In this document: positions 25,640 to 38,930 of the stretch, in pieces
Layout: the number at the start of each line of letters is the position of its first letter
Position numbering within the stretch: the stretch's first letter is position 1
Assembly (NCBI GenBank): GCA_011109175.1
Contig: RDEW01000021.1
Location: 73,080 to 137,079, forward strand
Source of the DNA: Dicyema japonicum
Taxonomy: Eukaryota > Animalia > Dicyemida
Reading direction: 5' to 3'
DNA length: 64,000 bases
Made by a program: the position numbers and the translations under genes
Notes under the pieces: model-generated
The model's input: the letters and a program-made list of their open reading frames with translations, nothing else
What the model was told of the DNA's origin: nothing
Databases searched by the model: none

Positions 25640-26915
25640 TGGGATCAGCATCAATAAATGCATCATCTACAACACATCACTAGACATAAATAGCAGACTG
25701 ACTTTATGGAAACTATCAAAAATTGGTCCAATATTGAAACCGGGAAGACCGAAGAACGATCCCGGGTTTTACAGACCAGTTTCCCTTATATGTGTTTGTA
25801 GAGATCCTGGAGAAACTGGTCCTAAAATCTTATTCGCCCTCTCTCCCACGACCTACATTCCAACATGGCTTCAAGGAAGGATTTCAACAACCTCCTTCCT
25901 ACAGCACTAATGAAGTTCATAACTGAAGGACACAAGAACAAACCAAAACAGGAAAAATCGGTCATATGTACAATCGACATTCAAAAAGTTAGACTCTGTC
26001 CTGAGAAAAGACAAAAATATTTTTGACAGCAAATTTTTAAGTGGACGCCGAGGGAAAGTGTCCGTCGGAAACAAAAGTTCCAGATCGAGTTATTACCCAA
26101 TGGTGTACCCCAGGATCTGCTTTGTCACCAATCCTTTTTAATTTGTTTTTGAATGATCTCCCCGTACCTATGAATAATAATGACATGCTACTTTCCTATG
26201 CCGATGACATAGTTGTCGCATCTAGGACGTAAATGTCGAACATGCTAAAGAAAGACTACAAGGAATACTAAATAACATATTTGGATGGTTGTGCGAAAAT
26301 CGATTAAATGCATGTTCCGAAAAGTCAGCAGTCACTCTATTTACTAAGAATAGAAAGATGGGAACGCAAAAAATTGATGTCATGTTAAATGGAGTGTCAA
26401 TACCACAAAAGAAATCGCAGAAGATACTGGGAGTAACTTTTGATACTTTCCTCTGCTTCTCATCCCATGTGGAATCTATACTTTCCTCTGTCAACCTGTG
26501 CAAAGAAAATCAATTTTGTAAAAGTTTTCCTTTGGAACTGTGGAGGAATTTATCCGCCAGGTATCGGGACCCTATACAAGCAGTATGTCGAACCAACAAT
26601 AGGCTATGCATTTGCTGCATGGGGATCTAACCTGTCGGCAACGAACCTAACAAAAATTCAAGAGATCCAGTCAAGAGCAATAAAATTACTGGAAAAATAT
26701 ACAGATAAAGAAATTGCCCCCAGAGCACTCGAGTCTATCATAGAGGCAACTGGTGGCAATTTCAGAAGAGGAGGGAAAAAAGACCCCCGTCCGTATAGAA
26801 AATGTGTGGGGTCACGGTCGGAGCATCGAGAAAAAAAAGATGTTGAGAGATGCCGGGATCACTGAATATTAGTTAGTGGTTAAGACGGTGTTTCTTTTGG
26901 CTTTTTATTTTTATT
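25640..26915 (+). mobile_element. LINE family B RT region to 3' end, degraded
   Basis: PILKPGRP..DPGFYRPVSLI, PGSALSPILFNLF, SYADD, KILGVTFDT, family B tail. Confidence 0.85.
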
Positions 26916-26923
26916 AATTAATT

Positions 26924-27142
26924 AACCCCGGATACACCGAGAAAGAAATTAAAATAAAAAACTAGTTAAGTGTATCAGTTTACACTTCTACAGAAACAGA
27001 GTCCATCCGGAATCAGCATAAAGGGTAAAGACGTTCATACTTGCAGTTGTGGAAACCCCTCAAGTGGAGTGGGGGAGCAAATGATCCTTTTTCAGCCAGC
27101 CAAGCTCTAGGCGTTACCTAGAAAGATGGATCACATGACGCC
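26924..27142 (-). repeat. SINE-like family A, 5'-deleted copy
   Basis: Matches the 3' two-thirds of family A; abuts the CRE remnant. Confidence 0.85.
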
Positions 27143-28330
27143 AGTTAGCATCATCGAGTTCGAGAAAGAATCCACACAAGTGCAGTCCCATACCAGCGAT
27201 TTTCCCTCAGAGAACGGAAAGATTGTTAGCCCATCCGGTCTTTTCCCGTCTCCGCGCTCTAATCCCACGGGCTTAAACACTGCCGGGAAGCCTGCAGCGT
27301 CAAGAGCACGTATTACAATGTTGTTCATAGTAGCATGGCGGGGTGCTCTGCCCGCATTCCTTTTTTGCACGAAAGCGGATGTAGCCCTTTGGCATCGACG
27401 ATCCCTCCACAGCGGTATTGGTGTTCGACGCATACGTCAAACCCCAGGCGCTGTGCGATCCCAATCCGAGTGCAGTCATCGTCCAAAAGGGTCCCTAGGG
27501 AGAAACACAGGAGCGCATCCAGCCACGCTCCGCTCCTATGGTTGGCGGCGGACACGAAGCATGCATGACAATGCTGGTTGGTCTCAGACTTTGGCACGTC
27601 GAAGATATTCTTGGAGTAGATCTCATCCCAGTCTTGTTGCCTCGAAGGATAGTTCGCATATCCAAACCAGTTTCATACCATTCGCGACGAGCTTCGTCGA
27701 AGACTTTTCCCAAGAAAGTCCGGTTGGAAAACGTAGAAGACCAAGAAACTTCCACTTGAGAGTGCTGACAGATATGCTGGAAAGGCGATCTCCAGCGCCA
27801 ACCTGAGACCCGTGCCTTCGAGGCGTGAAGGAAGTCTGCATTGATTCCAACTCGGCACGTCAAAGTGGATGTTTATAAGCAATTCGGCTGATTTTATCAA
27901 TTTCCCATCCAGTGATAGAAGGATGCCACGATGTTTGAAGCAGGGAGAACATCGGAGAGCGTATAGGAGTATGGGAAAGCCGATGCTATTTTTCTAAAGA
28001 AAGAACGTTGTATGAGCATCGAGTAAGAGAGTTTCTCCGTAACTCTAGATAGTTCATCCTTTTTTGTTAGTAGATGACTCCGCAGTTCCTTTTCGTCAAG
28101 TGGGCACCCAAGAAAGTATGTCCGCTCCCTGGGTATAACAGTGATTCCAGGTAGTACCGAGTCGAAAGACCACGTTGATAAAATCACTCTCCGAGTATAT
28201 GATATTTATTAGTTTCAATTTCTTTATATTTATCTCAAATCCGAGGTTTCGTAGTGCCGGCACGGCATGTGACAGAACGTCCATGAACTTTTCACCACGG
28301 CCCTCCAATCGTGGCTTCATCAAGATACCA
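27143..28330 (-). mobile_element. CRE-like retrotransposon fragment (RT C-terminus to REL)
   Basis: LWYLDE, SGAWLDALLC.SLGTLLDDD, CRHP-like zinc motif, DGKRPDGLTIFPFSEGKSLVWDCTC. Confidence 0.88.
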
Positions 28331-28572
28331 GAGGTTTAGTGTGTCGGACAATTTTCTTGTATGACCTTTTTGTTTATTTATAATTTTAATAAGTAAAAAT
28401 AATTTTAATAAATAAAAATGGAAAATCCCCGAATGTTCCCGTCGAAAATGGCGCCATATAAGACATTCCTAAAGAATACCGTGTTGGGTCACTATTCACA
28501 TCGCTCGCATTTTTCCAGTACTTTCGCTTCCTTACTAAAATACTAAATACCATGATTGCGCATCGTATATAC

Positions 28573-29545
28573 CAGGGGTTCTCAACCTTTTTTTACTCGT
28601 CGACCCCTTGACTTTTTTTTCGACCCTCCTAATATTTAATTGACCCCTTAAAACTTTTTTATTTAGAACAGACAATTCTAAGTAAAATTAGTTAACTATC
28701 TAAAATGAATTCATTGTTAATAATAAATCAATCAAAAAAAGTATATAGTCGATGTTAAGTTGGTATCTCAGCATAAATCTATAATAAAAAAAAGAATTAA
28801 ATACCAATGGGATCCATGTTATTGATATTTTTTCACCAAAGATTCGGTATTTGACACTATTTGTGTTATTTTTAAACGAATATCTCCTCCAATGGACACA
28901 TCCAATTTGTTTCGTTCTTTATTTACAATTCGATGTAGAATGCTAAATCCGCATTCAACACAGTATGATGTCGGAAAATATAGTAGCAATTGTGCTATTT
29001 CTGTCCACAATTTTGGATAACTCTCATTGCAATTTTATAGGATGCAATTAGTCCTCCTAAATATAATTTAAAATAACAACTATTGTTTCTTTCATTACTT
29101 TTTGTAAAAACAGTGTCAATCGTTTTTTGTTTACGGAAAAATCCTTTAATTCTTCAAAATACTCTAATGGTTTATCTTTTTTATTCGAATGTTTTCTCCT
29201 AAGATGATCCAACAATTTGGACGGTTTCATTGCATCATTTGATAATGACTTATAACACAGTAAGCATATGGTCAATCATCAAAAGAATTTTTTTATAAAT
29301 CCAAATGCCAAAAATTCATTTTTATATTGACGAATTTTTACTGTAGAAAGACGACTCATACACGAACAAAAACAAGCATGGTAATTCTAAAAATTTTAAA
29401 GAACAAAGGTTTACCACTTTAAATATAAACTAAATTATAAAATAAAAAAATTAAATTTATGTAAATTTATTTTGACCCCTTACGATCGATTTGGATTGAT
29501 TTTAGACCCCTGGGGGTCGAATCGACCCCAGGTTGAGAACCGCTG
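28573..29545 (-). mobile_element. Charlie-type hAT internal-deletion derivative
   Basis: 16 bp TIRs (15/16 match) CAG(G/C)GGTTCTCAACCT, TSD GTATATAC/GTATAGAC, BED-type CLLCYKSLSNDAMKPSKLLDHL joined to the dimerisation motif FPTSYCVECGFS. Confidence 0.92.
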
Positions 29546-29944
29546 GTATAGACAATACTATAGCGTTAACACTTTGCCCCAGGAATCTGGGTTAGCAGAA
29601 ACATCCAAGAAACTTAAGCGTTCTGCCTACCTATTAATGAGGGCGGCATGCTTTAGAAAACTAAACTTGAGGTTAAAACTAACCCCCAAATTAGCTCATC
29701 CTTCTTGTTTTTCTGAGTGATTACTTCTCGGTCTCCACCAAAGTTGTAAAACAGGTAACTCCATAGAAAACACCACACTAACGCAATTTAATAAGAGTCA
29801 AGTCCAGCGATATTTCGTTCATAAGCCACCAAGGATTGGTCCTCAAGTTAGAAGAGGTCGAAAAATCATTTTTTTATAAATCAAACAGATATTTGTTAAT
29901 TATAGGTTAATCGGTCACTTTATGAATTATAAATCACTTTCCTT

Positions 29945-30010
29945 TGGCTGAACGTAAAGTCTAATGACATTGGATCTGAAGGTCGTGGGTTCGAATCCGG
30001 ACGATGGAGT
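29945..30010 (+). repeat. Degenerate tRNA-derived head (pseudo-tRNA or SINE)
   Basis: B box GGTTCGAATCC preceded by aggtcgtg; no full cloverleaf. Confidence 0.35.
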
Positions 30011-30359
30011 TTTCAACACAGGTCAATTCTCGTCAAACAGATCCCACCCGTGAGGTGAAGAGTACTTGTGGCACGTTACAATAGTTGAAAGGGAACTTGA
30101 TACCATCTCCCTGACCAAATCCTCTGGTGAAGACATCATGAAAACTCTTCCGTCGAAGAATGAAATGATGTCTGCGACGTTAAGACGTGTGATGAAAATG
30201 GAAAAGGGCGAACCTACTTCTCCACCCACTCGAAGCAATAACAAACCATCATACCCTGACCTCTCTATACCATCCCCACGATCAAGTTCGTAAAGTCATC
30301 TGCCGACCCTAATAAACTATGACATTTTCAAGGTTTCAGCCAATACATATGTTAGGCTC

Positions 30360-31260
30360 TTCATCGTCGATTATCTGCGATGATTCCTCTTTCTCCAAGA
30401 CACTGTACAAAAATAGAACAAATGATCAGAGAACCAAATATCAAAAGATATCCCAATATCGCAGATATCTCCAGGATTAATACCCTCAACAATAAGATTA
30501 GCATATAAATCAAATACGATTGCTGAAACATTGGGAAGCTATCCAAAGTCCTCATTAGAAACCCCTCTATGTAAAAAATATTGAACAGCGTTAAGTCAAT
30601 GAAGAGATCTACCACCGAACTACACAACAAAGTCTATGTCCAACCAAATTTTAGTGAAATACTACGCCTTTATATCCCACAAAAATTTTAGAAGGATCAC
30701 CAAGTTTATCTAAAGAAGATTAAGCTGAAAAGATCAAATGACTGAATCATATTTATCTGGAATGATGTTCGACGGGCAATCTCAATGATCAGCTACTCGA
30801 AGCCAAGGGCCCTTCTCCTACCTTCAAATTTCTATATTTTGTTTTTATTCCTGGATTCTTGAAAAATAATGCGTGAACATATCCAAAAAATATCCCACTA
30901 TCAAAATTTCGGGAGCGAACCATTCTACTCATCTTGGCTCCCTCAAGATTCAACAGATCAAAGATCTGTCCTGATATCAGTCGAAATAAGCAGGGCGTTT
31001 GACTCTCAGGAAAATACTTCCAAAACTGATTTTAGACGTGGATATTCAACCGAATATAAAACTTGGGTTGCTCTACTTCCTAACTGGAAGACGTGGCTAA
31101 GTGAAATGCAACATGGAATCGAAGACACGTCTCAGGTATTGACCTACGTGTACCATAATCTAGCAAGCCGCAACAAAATCATCAGCCCTAATTCGACTCT
31201 TCTACTTGACAACAAAAAATCGTGAAATCGGCCAAGTTACCAAACAACCCTCTCTATAAC
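30360..31260 (+). mobile_element. Degraded LINE ORF2 remnant
   Basis: VEISRAFDS and ISPNSTLLL resemble RT motifs. Confidence 0.5.
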
Positions 31261-31725
31261 ACTTTTATCAATTACTTCGAAACAACCCGAGATGAAAAAA
31301 GATTAATATAAAGAACAGTTCCCGCCGGTTACAATTTACCCTTGTCGATCTGGGATCACTTAGTTAACTAGGACATGCTTTTCTTTTAACACAGAGGCAA
31401 ATAATAATAATCAATCGTTAGTTGTTATGACAGCAATTGACCTAGTCACGTGGTTCCCTTGCTTCTCTCCATAGTGAGTAAACTCACAGTTATTTGATTT
31501 TATGAACTAACTGATGAATATTGGGTACATAAGGGCTTAGCTGACTCACCAATATAAGTGATTTTAAGCTGGGCTACTTGAGCTAGTCTTATTGACTCAT
31601 ACAAATCTCCTCCAGCTAAAAAATTGAATATTGGGGGAAAAGTAAAGGATTATCTCTTTTAGGGGACTAACGAGAATTAAGGCAAAATAAATAATAAAAT
31701 CAATATTGGTTGAACTGATTAAAGT

Positions 31726-31965
31726 CTATTCCACGTCATCAAAGTCATCAATGTCCTCTAATTTATTAAATATAAGACAACCTTCGTAATATTCATTGTA
31801 GTCGATGTAGTTTATCAAATCATCATCTTCGTCTGGCTGGTCTGAATCCTCCAACTCAGTTATATTGGATTCGGGGTCATAAACCTTCCGAAAGTCCTCC
31901 ATGGTCTTCAACTTACTATAATTTGAAGCTCCATTGACCAAAAGTAAAACCAGTAAAGAAATCAT
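31726..31965 (-). CDS. Small putative secreted acidic Tyr-rich protein (orphan)
   Basis: Hydrophobic N-terminus MISLLVLLLVNGAS; D/E-rich body; candidate in-frame 24 nt intron at 31758-31781; AT-rich gene-like flanks. Confidence 0.55.
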   Translation of the reverse strand: MISLLVLLLVNGASNYSKLKTMEDFRKVYDPESNITELEDSDQPDEDDDLINYIDYNEYYEGCLIFNKLEDIDDFDDVE

Positions 31966-32120
31966 CGTCGTATTTATGTCTTCATTTATTTAAATACAAT
32001 TTCAACGAACATTTACAAATGTTTAAAATTAGCACTATTTAATATGTCCAAATTTGGAAATTTAGTCATACAGCTTTTAGTACAGTAGCACCTACAGAAT
32101 CCACACTTTTGGGACTTTCG

Positions 32121-32242
32121 ATTTCGGACGGTCTATATCTCATTTTGGTCGACATATGTTTCATTTCAGTCGGTATATGTCTCTTTGATCGATATATGAT
32201 TCATTTCGGTCGGTATATATCTCATTTTGATCGCTATATGTC
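32121..32242. repeat. About six imperfect 19-21 bp tandem units (ATTTYGGTCGRTATATRTYTC)
   Basis: Units read directly from the sequence. Confidence 0.8.
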
Positions 32243-33246
32243 ATGATGTCTCGGTCCCTTCCCACAATTAATTAGCGTTTCCTTAAATAAAATGTGTTCT
32301 GCCTAAGGAGGTTCAAGTATCTTAAGCATTATTATTCGTACACAAAAAAGCACATTTATTATTAAACTGGAAAAAATATTTGATTTCTTAAATTTGATTT
32401 CAAAGTATTTTTATCGTTTTAGGTATGCCACGTGGCGCCAAAGTTAGTGTGGTGCTATGTGGCTACGTGAATTGAAGATTATTTGTTTGATTCTTTTGTT
32501 CCTCCTCTTCCCTTTTGGCTCTTCAATTGTCAGCGTGCGTCGAGTAATTTGCCAGATATAATCTTAAATCCTAAATTATAGCCAAAAAGGACCATTTGTT
32601 AACAAACATCCAGTGGAGTTCCCCTGGACGCCACTTCATTCAAGTCCAAGCATGCGAAGACTGCTGAGGAAGGTCGGAGATCACCTGATTTTTTTCATTC
32701 TGGCTATGACGGTGTTTTTTGGTTCAATAAATTAAAAATTTTAAATATATTTCAACATTTTTCTATAAAAGGAGGAGTACGATTCAACTTGGAAAATGCG
32801 GCTATGCATGAACTAAAGGATTTATGGCTTAAACGAAAAGGAATCATCATCAAACTAAGGATACTGCTACACAACTCGCTTATAAAACCTATGTAAGTAC
32901 AGAGGCTGTACTATTTTCAGAGGAATTACAGAAGAAAAATAACTACCTCAAAGAGAGTTAGCACCCCCGCCGAATAGAGTTATGAAAGACTAAATTGTTT
33001 GCCAAGAGGGCCGTTTCCGTGAAAGACGCTTCGAACAGGCATTTTTTCAGTAATTGAAGTGGAGGAGTACCCATCTAACATCCTCTCCCATATTCGATGA
33101 CTGACAATTTTAGAAACTCGACATCGTTATAACCAAAACTTTATTATATTGATTATATAAATACTACCTAATCTCCCATTCAAATGACCCACGTGGGTAA
33201 CAATAATTTCACCATACAAAATGAGTTAAAAGCAAATCACAAAAAA

Positions 33247-34057
33247 TTAATCAGCAGGAGCATTTCCAATAAGCTTATCAAGACTAACTCCCTGAGGGAC
33301 CCTCCCAGTATCCAGGATGTCCTGGTATTTGGCGATCTCATCAAGACTACGAGACTCAATAATGGCTCTCTTTAGTTTCTCCTTCTCCTGGATTGACAGA
33401 CAGCTTGTCATTGGTTTATCCGCCGGGGCCGTCGAGTCCTCAATCTCGACTTCCCTCACAGCCTTCTTTGACTTGAACAGCTGAGCAGCCTCTTCTCTCT
33501 CCTAGAATGACCCAGGCAGCAATACCGCTTTCGTAATCCTCTGGAAATCGAGAACCCTGAGTTGGGGGAGTCTGTAGATCACATAGCTACGGTAGTGTCT
33601 CCTAGTGAAAATTGGGTTCCTCATAAGACTGAACTATAAGCTATGGGGGTACCTCAGATAAGTCAGTTTCGTGAATTTGGAAAGTTTATTGATTTCCGTG
33701 AAATCACTGACGTTGTTGTTGGTGAGAATGAGACATTTCAAGTTTGGGAGACACTTGTCCAGGTCGTCCCCAATTCGGCTGGAATTGGTGGGGAAAATTA
33801 CCTGATGTTATTGTTAGCGATGAGTATTGTGGTACAACGTCTGAGGAGAGCAAATCCATCCAGTTTGCTAATGTCATTATTGCACAAGTCGAAGCAGTCG
33901 AATTGATCCTGAAAAATAATAGGGAAATGACTACAAGAGTTATTCCAGTGTTTTCAATTATTGATATATTCAGATCCCGCAAGGACACCTCTCGTTGTCT
34001 TATTGCATTCGTAAATTGCGGACTAGTGTTGTATGTCTCCACTGAGAGTCTAACCAT
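33247..34057 (-). CDS. SNRPA1: U2 snRNP protein A' (introns of 26, 23, 24, 24 nt)
   Basis: MVRLSVE..SPQFTNAIRQREVSLRDL..IIENTG.TLDQFDCFDLCNNDI.KLDGF.LLRR...NP...YRSYVIYRLPQLRVLDFQRI. Confidence 0.95.
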
Positions 34058-34129
34058 TCTGTTTTATTTGAATTTATTTTTTATATTAACAAAATTATAA
34101 ATTTTATATTTATAATTTCAAGGTTAGCT

Positions 34130-34620
34130 CACATTCTTATTGGGTAGCTTACTATGTAATCCAGGTCTGTGGCGGTGGTTCAGTCAAACTTCAACCAGGT
34201 ATGTGATTGGCTATCTCTGTATCTACATCCAAGTCTCAGTTCACCCTATTCACTACGGACGGGAGATTCAAATGTGGACTCGAAGTACTCTTCGGAAACA
34301 TTCATATTCCTACTACGCGAATCCTGAAGATCCTAGAGTAACATTCGACTCTCTAATGACGTTCTCCAGTCACACGGAGGAAGTGTTAACCAGGGGGCTC
34401 GAAACTGGAACGTACTCAAAGCTATCATAAATAAGAGCCATTTCCCACCTACAGCTTGTATCAGCAAACTATATCCTCAGGTTATTGTTCCGAAAATTGA
34501 ATATGCTTGTTCTTCCATGAGATTACCAGGATCTTTCTCCAACAGCCATATCTTTCAAATGTTCGCCTAATATCATGTCTTTAGCGTATAATCTCAGGTG
34601 AAAAATAAGTCTCCTTTGAG
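34130..34620 (+). mobile_element. LINE family C fragment
   Basis: RVTFDSLMTFSSH, homologous to 36840-36900. Confidence 0.65.
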
Positions 34621-35542
34621 TTAACCATTCTTTCTTGGTGATCTTGGGAATTTTAAGAACTTACTGTATATGATATCATGCATTTAGTAATACTCTATGA
34701 GTTCGAGTACCCCAACTGACTACTTGATCAAATGTTTCTCTTCCTTTCCTCTTTTCCTTGTTTTTTTACGTTCCACTTGAGAAACGAATTTCGATTTACC
34801 CGTCTTAGCTGTTATCCAGTATCAGGATGGTGCGAAAAGGATAATCTTTATTCCCCCATTCTATTGGATCATCCGTGAGAGGTTCCTCAACTGTAAGACT
34901 GGATGCTTTCCTTCCACTGTTGGGTTTATGTGGAAGGTCTCTACTTCTCCCCAATATTACTGTACACACTTAATTGGCCGCTAATTAGTTTCTTCTCAAC
35001 CTGAATTCACCTTTTTAAATTCATGGAGGTCAGATTCCAAAAACGCTTTTCAGCGTCATCTGTGCTTACTGGACCTTCTGGCTACAAATTTCGGATTACA
35101 ATAGCATAGACTCTCCAAGAAAGAGATTGATTCTTTTAGCATGTGATCCTTATTATATCTAACTGGGTTCGCGGAAGTGACTTTTTCCACAAAAACTCGA
35201 TGTTCTCTTGGAAGAACTTATCTCTAAGCGACCTAGGTACGCTTAAACAGTTTTTACCAGTTCATTTCCTCATGGTTATAAAACTAATCAATCAACCAAT
35301 CGGGGATAATATTGAAACACTCCATTGACTGTCTTGGCCAGACATCTTTACTTCCTTATGGTGGATTAACCCTGGTCCCGAAATTATAAAGTTCCATGAG
35401 AACAACTAAATCATCCAGTAAATCAGAGTCCACATGATGAATAGATACACCAAAGGCACGTGTAACCTCAAGAACAGGACAATCTCCAAGAAAACCATAT
35501 TCAAGTCGTGCAACGAATACCAAACATTTAAAATATAAAAAT

Positions 35543-36436
35543 CTAAGAAACGTCACTTTCCACCGTGGACACCATGTCCCCCAACACCGCAAAGTCCCAG
35601 CCACACATGTCATCACAAAGTCCGATAATTTCATAGTTGACGATTTTACGGTCACATACCGTAAAAACAACCACCCCTTCGCTGTTCCTCTCATCCTCAG
35701 CCGAGGGATCATTCAGAAACCGTCCCTTATAGAAGGAAACAGTCCAAACTAGGGGACACCACCTCAAAACAACACACCCAGCTTCCCCATTCGGTAATTT
35801 GAACTTCACTAATCCGTAAATTCCGTGAAAAAAACCGTTTTTTAATGCGGTCATCAAGGCAATGAAAGCACCGCTGAGGACATTTCCGTTGTTACTGACC
35901 ACAATGATGCTACAATTAATCCTGAAAGAGGTCTGGGATAACAGGAACACAAACGTGATCTGATTCACTGTAAAATTGGCTGAAATCGAGGACTTTGAGC
36001 CTAAAATTGAGAAAAGCGGTAAACTTTTTAAAAATCCCAAGGATTCGCTCAGCCAAAATTTCGTCGGATTTTGCCACCTTCTTTGACATTGTGAATTCAC
36101 GCGAAAGCGGTGATTTAACGGTCAGGACTATTAGTCAGCCACGTGATTACCGAACTCTTCGGAATCTGATTTGGCTTCTTTTATCGATTCCTTGATTAAA
36201 TATTGACAGGAACCATCCTGATTCCGCAGACAACGACAGTCTGGCCGATTGAGACGGAAGAGGAGCCATCGCATGCTTCTGAGAAATTACCTGGGATTAT
36301 TCTGAGAGATTACTGGATGAGACAAATATTGGTCTTCTTTGAAGGAAACTACGGCCGTCTGCTCTTGTGTTATTTTCCTGTAAAACTAGAATCAGAGACC
36401 TACAATGTAATCTTCGTAGTTCCACATGCCGATCAT
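35543..36436 (-). CDS. EXOSC8: Exosome core subunit RRP43 (RNase PH fold), about 7 introns of 22-27 nt
   Basis: RADGR, DGSSSVSIGQTVVVCGIRME, NGNVLSGAFIALMTALKNV, DPSAEDE; closest to the EXOSC8 motif pattern among RRP42/43/45. Confidence 0.82.
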
Positions 36437-36509
36437 TTGAATTTATTTTTCAAATTAAAATAATTAATAATAAAATTATTTTTTAATATTATTATTGATA
36501 AATTTGGCA

Positions 36510-37380
36510 TGGTACATGCAGAATTCACTCCTAATCCCGCAAGGCTCCCCTTTATCTCTTCTTTTTTTTAACCTTTTTCTAAATGACCTACCTAGTACCA
36601 ATGACTAGGACACTGTTTTTTTCCTATGCGGACGACCTAATTATCGCTGCAAGAGATAAATCTCCTTTCGTGGCTGTAGTAATTGTTTAGTCACTCCTAA
36701 ACCGGGTATGTGACTGGCTATCTGCAAATATGTTATGTGCGTCAGCATCTAAATCTCAGTTCACCATTTTCACTAAGGATGGACTCGAACTGTTTTTTTG
36801 AGATCTTCTATAATTTCTACGCGGACCCAGAAGATATTTGGGTAGTTTTCGACTCTCTGATGACGTTATCGAGTCACGTGGAGGAGGTACTTGCCAAGGG
36901 TCATCGGAAAAGAAACATTTCAAAAGCGATCATAAAGAAAAGCCCCTTTTCCCTGCTGCTTGCGTCAACAAGGTCTACCAACAAGTCATTGTTCCTATTA
37001 TTGAATATGCCTGCTCGGCCTGGAGATTCGCCATTCCTTCTTCGAGAACTCTCTCAGGCGGAAAATTATGCACCACACTGACATCTCCATTGGTGGCCTC
37101 GTTTCTGATGAGGCTACGTTGAGAATGGCCAGGGTTTCCTACGTTTTTGCAAGAACTGGGAAACCCATTCAAGGTAAAGGTGAACCATGGAGTTTCGGTC
37201 GGTTATAAAAAAGTGCACGCCGATTGAATTCCTATGCAGAAGAAAGAGAAGGCGCTTCTGGAATGTGGTTGGGTCATCAGAAGACCAGGCGAAGAGAGTT
37301 CGGATGTTGTTGGAGGCTAGGATCACCTAATTAGTTAGTTTTGACCTATCTTTCTTGGTGGTCTTGGAGTTAAATAAATG
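36510..37380 (+). mobile_element. LINE family C RT 3' half
   Basis: SYADDLII, VVFDSLMTLSSH, PIIEYACSAW, ORF end ...EARIT*. Confidence 0.8.
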
Positions 37381-38299
37381 CTAAGGATACCATGCTCTAA
37401 CAGTGCTGCTATGGAATACTTGTTGGAGACAGGTGGTGCCTACAATTAGGATAGAAGAACTATTATATTTCCCCTCCTTTTTCATTTGATCTTTCGTTGG
37501 TGGTTTTCACAAACTGCGAAAACTGGGCGTTTCCGAATGACGTGGTTATTTTGGTATGGACTCTCCTCACTTTTTATGAATTGGGGGAATGATAATTTGT
37601 CTTCAGATGGTTAAACAATATCCTTATCTTTTAAGGTGGGTATAACCCTCCTCCCCTCTTCTTAGTGTACCTAGGAAATATCAGAAACCCGAAGTTTTGA
37701 AATAAGGAAGCATCGGCTTCGAATTTCGAAACTTCGTAAAAGACAGAGTAGAGATTACCAGGATCTCTCTCCAACACCCATGTCTAAAATATTCGCCGGG
37801 AGTCGATAGATTTTCATTTTTGGTACTCATTAGCTTCCATATGGATCCACCACCGACAAAGTGAGATGATTTACTGGGTCCCTATTCCAACAAATGAATC
37901 CGATGCTATTCAGATAGAAATAGTCGAGGATTGCAGTCTGAGAATAAAGCACCAAATTTCCATACGGTGTATGAGCTCAATATTCGGCAGAATTGCTTGA
38001 ATGAATACCCAGCCAATGGGGGTTGAAAAAATAGGACTTTTGGCTAATAACACTTCTTTAACTTCTTGGTTACCACTTTTAGGACATTTTAATTTTCACG
38101 ACTCTTCTTAAGGATTTTGTCCCATGTCGTGGTCATCATTATTATTAAACGTACATCCACAGAACCAGAGAATGTTATATTAACTAAGGTGCCGTTTGTG
38201 CCCCACGATTTAAGAACCTTTTTACTGGACGTCTCCAGCGGACTCTGTCCATGGTATGCGACTCTAGGTTGCCTTCCAATTTCCTATTCCTTCCAATCC

Positions 38300-38930
38300 T
38301 ATTAATATCCTTGTTGAGATCCACAAGAAGAGTGACCCTTACCTTCCTCTAAAAGGGAGTCTGTTTTCATTTTTGAAGTATTGTTTCATTACTATGTATT
38401 CAGGAGCATCTATGTCCATACGTTCCCAGAGTCTCCACCTCGATTCAATGATTTCCACGCTCAGTGGGACTGATTTGGTTGCACAAAATAGTCTCTAAAT
38501 TTTCTTTGGTCACTCCGAGCCTGATAGTTTTCGTAAATGATTTTTTGGAAGGTATCTACCTCAATCCCCCCTCCCCCATGTTCCCGAATTTTAAATCAAC
38601 ACGTTCTTCCAAATTTTTTTCATGAATTTTCTTCTCGATGTTTTCCATTTTCTTATTCGCTGCCTCTATGAACCTCCTGTGCACAACGTCCTTACTGTCT
38701 CCAAGTAAAGATCCCAATTTCCCCCAACCTTCTTCACCACACTCAGGCTCTCTAGTAATTGTTATAAACTCGGTCTTGTCTTTGTTGACGTTCAAAAACC
38801 AGTCCTTTAATTCATTTGGGATTGTGGCCGTCGTGGTCATTAATGTGTCATATGTGGCACTAAGGAACAGTGACCCCCTTTATGGTTTCCTTAAACCTCC
38901 AGAAAGATCCGGGTCGAAATGAAAATATTA
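38300..38930 (-). mobile_element. RTE-like LINE remnant
   Basis: LKDWFLNVNKDKTEF...KLGSLLG, homologous to 63605-63994. Confidence 0.7.

Noticed and set aside
30120-30200. ~80 bp match to 54360-54450 (inverted) as a novel motif
   Set aside because: Most simply fragments of one unclassified TE; too short to assign.
35543-36100. N-terminally truncated RRP43
   Set aside because: Four further upstream exons (to 36436) restore the N-terminal RNase PH motifs.
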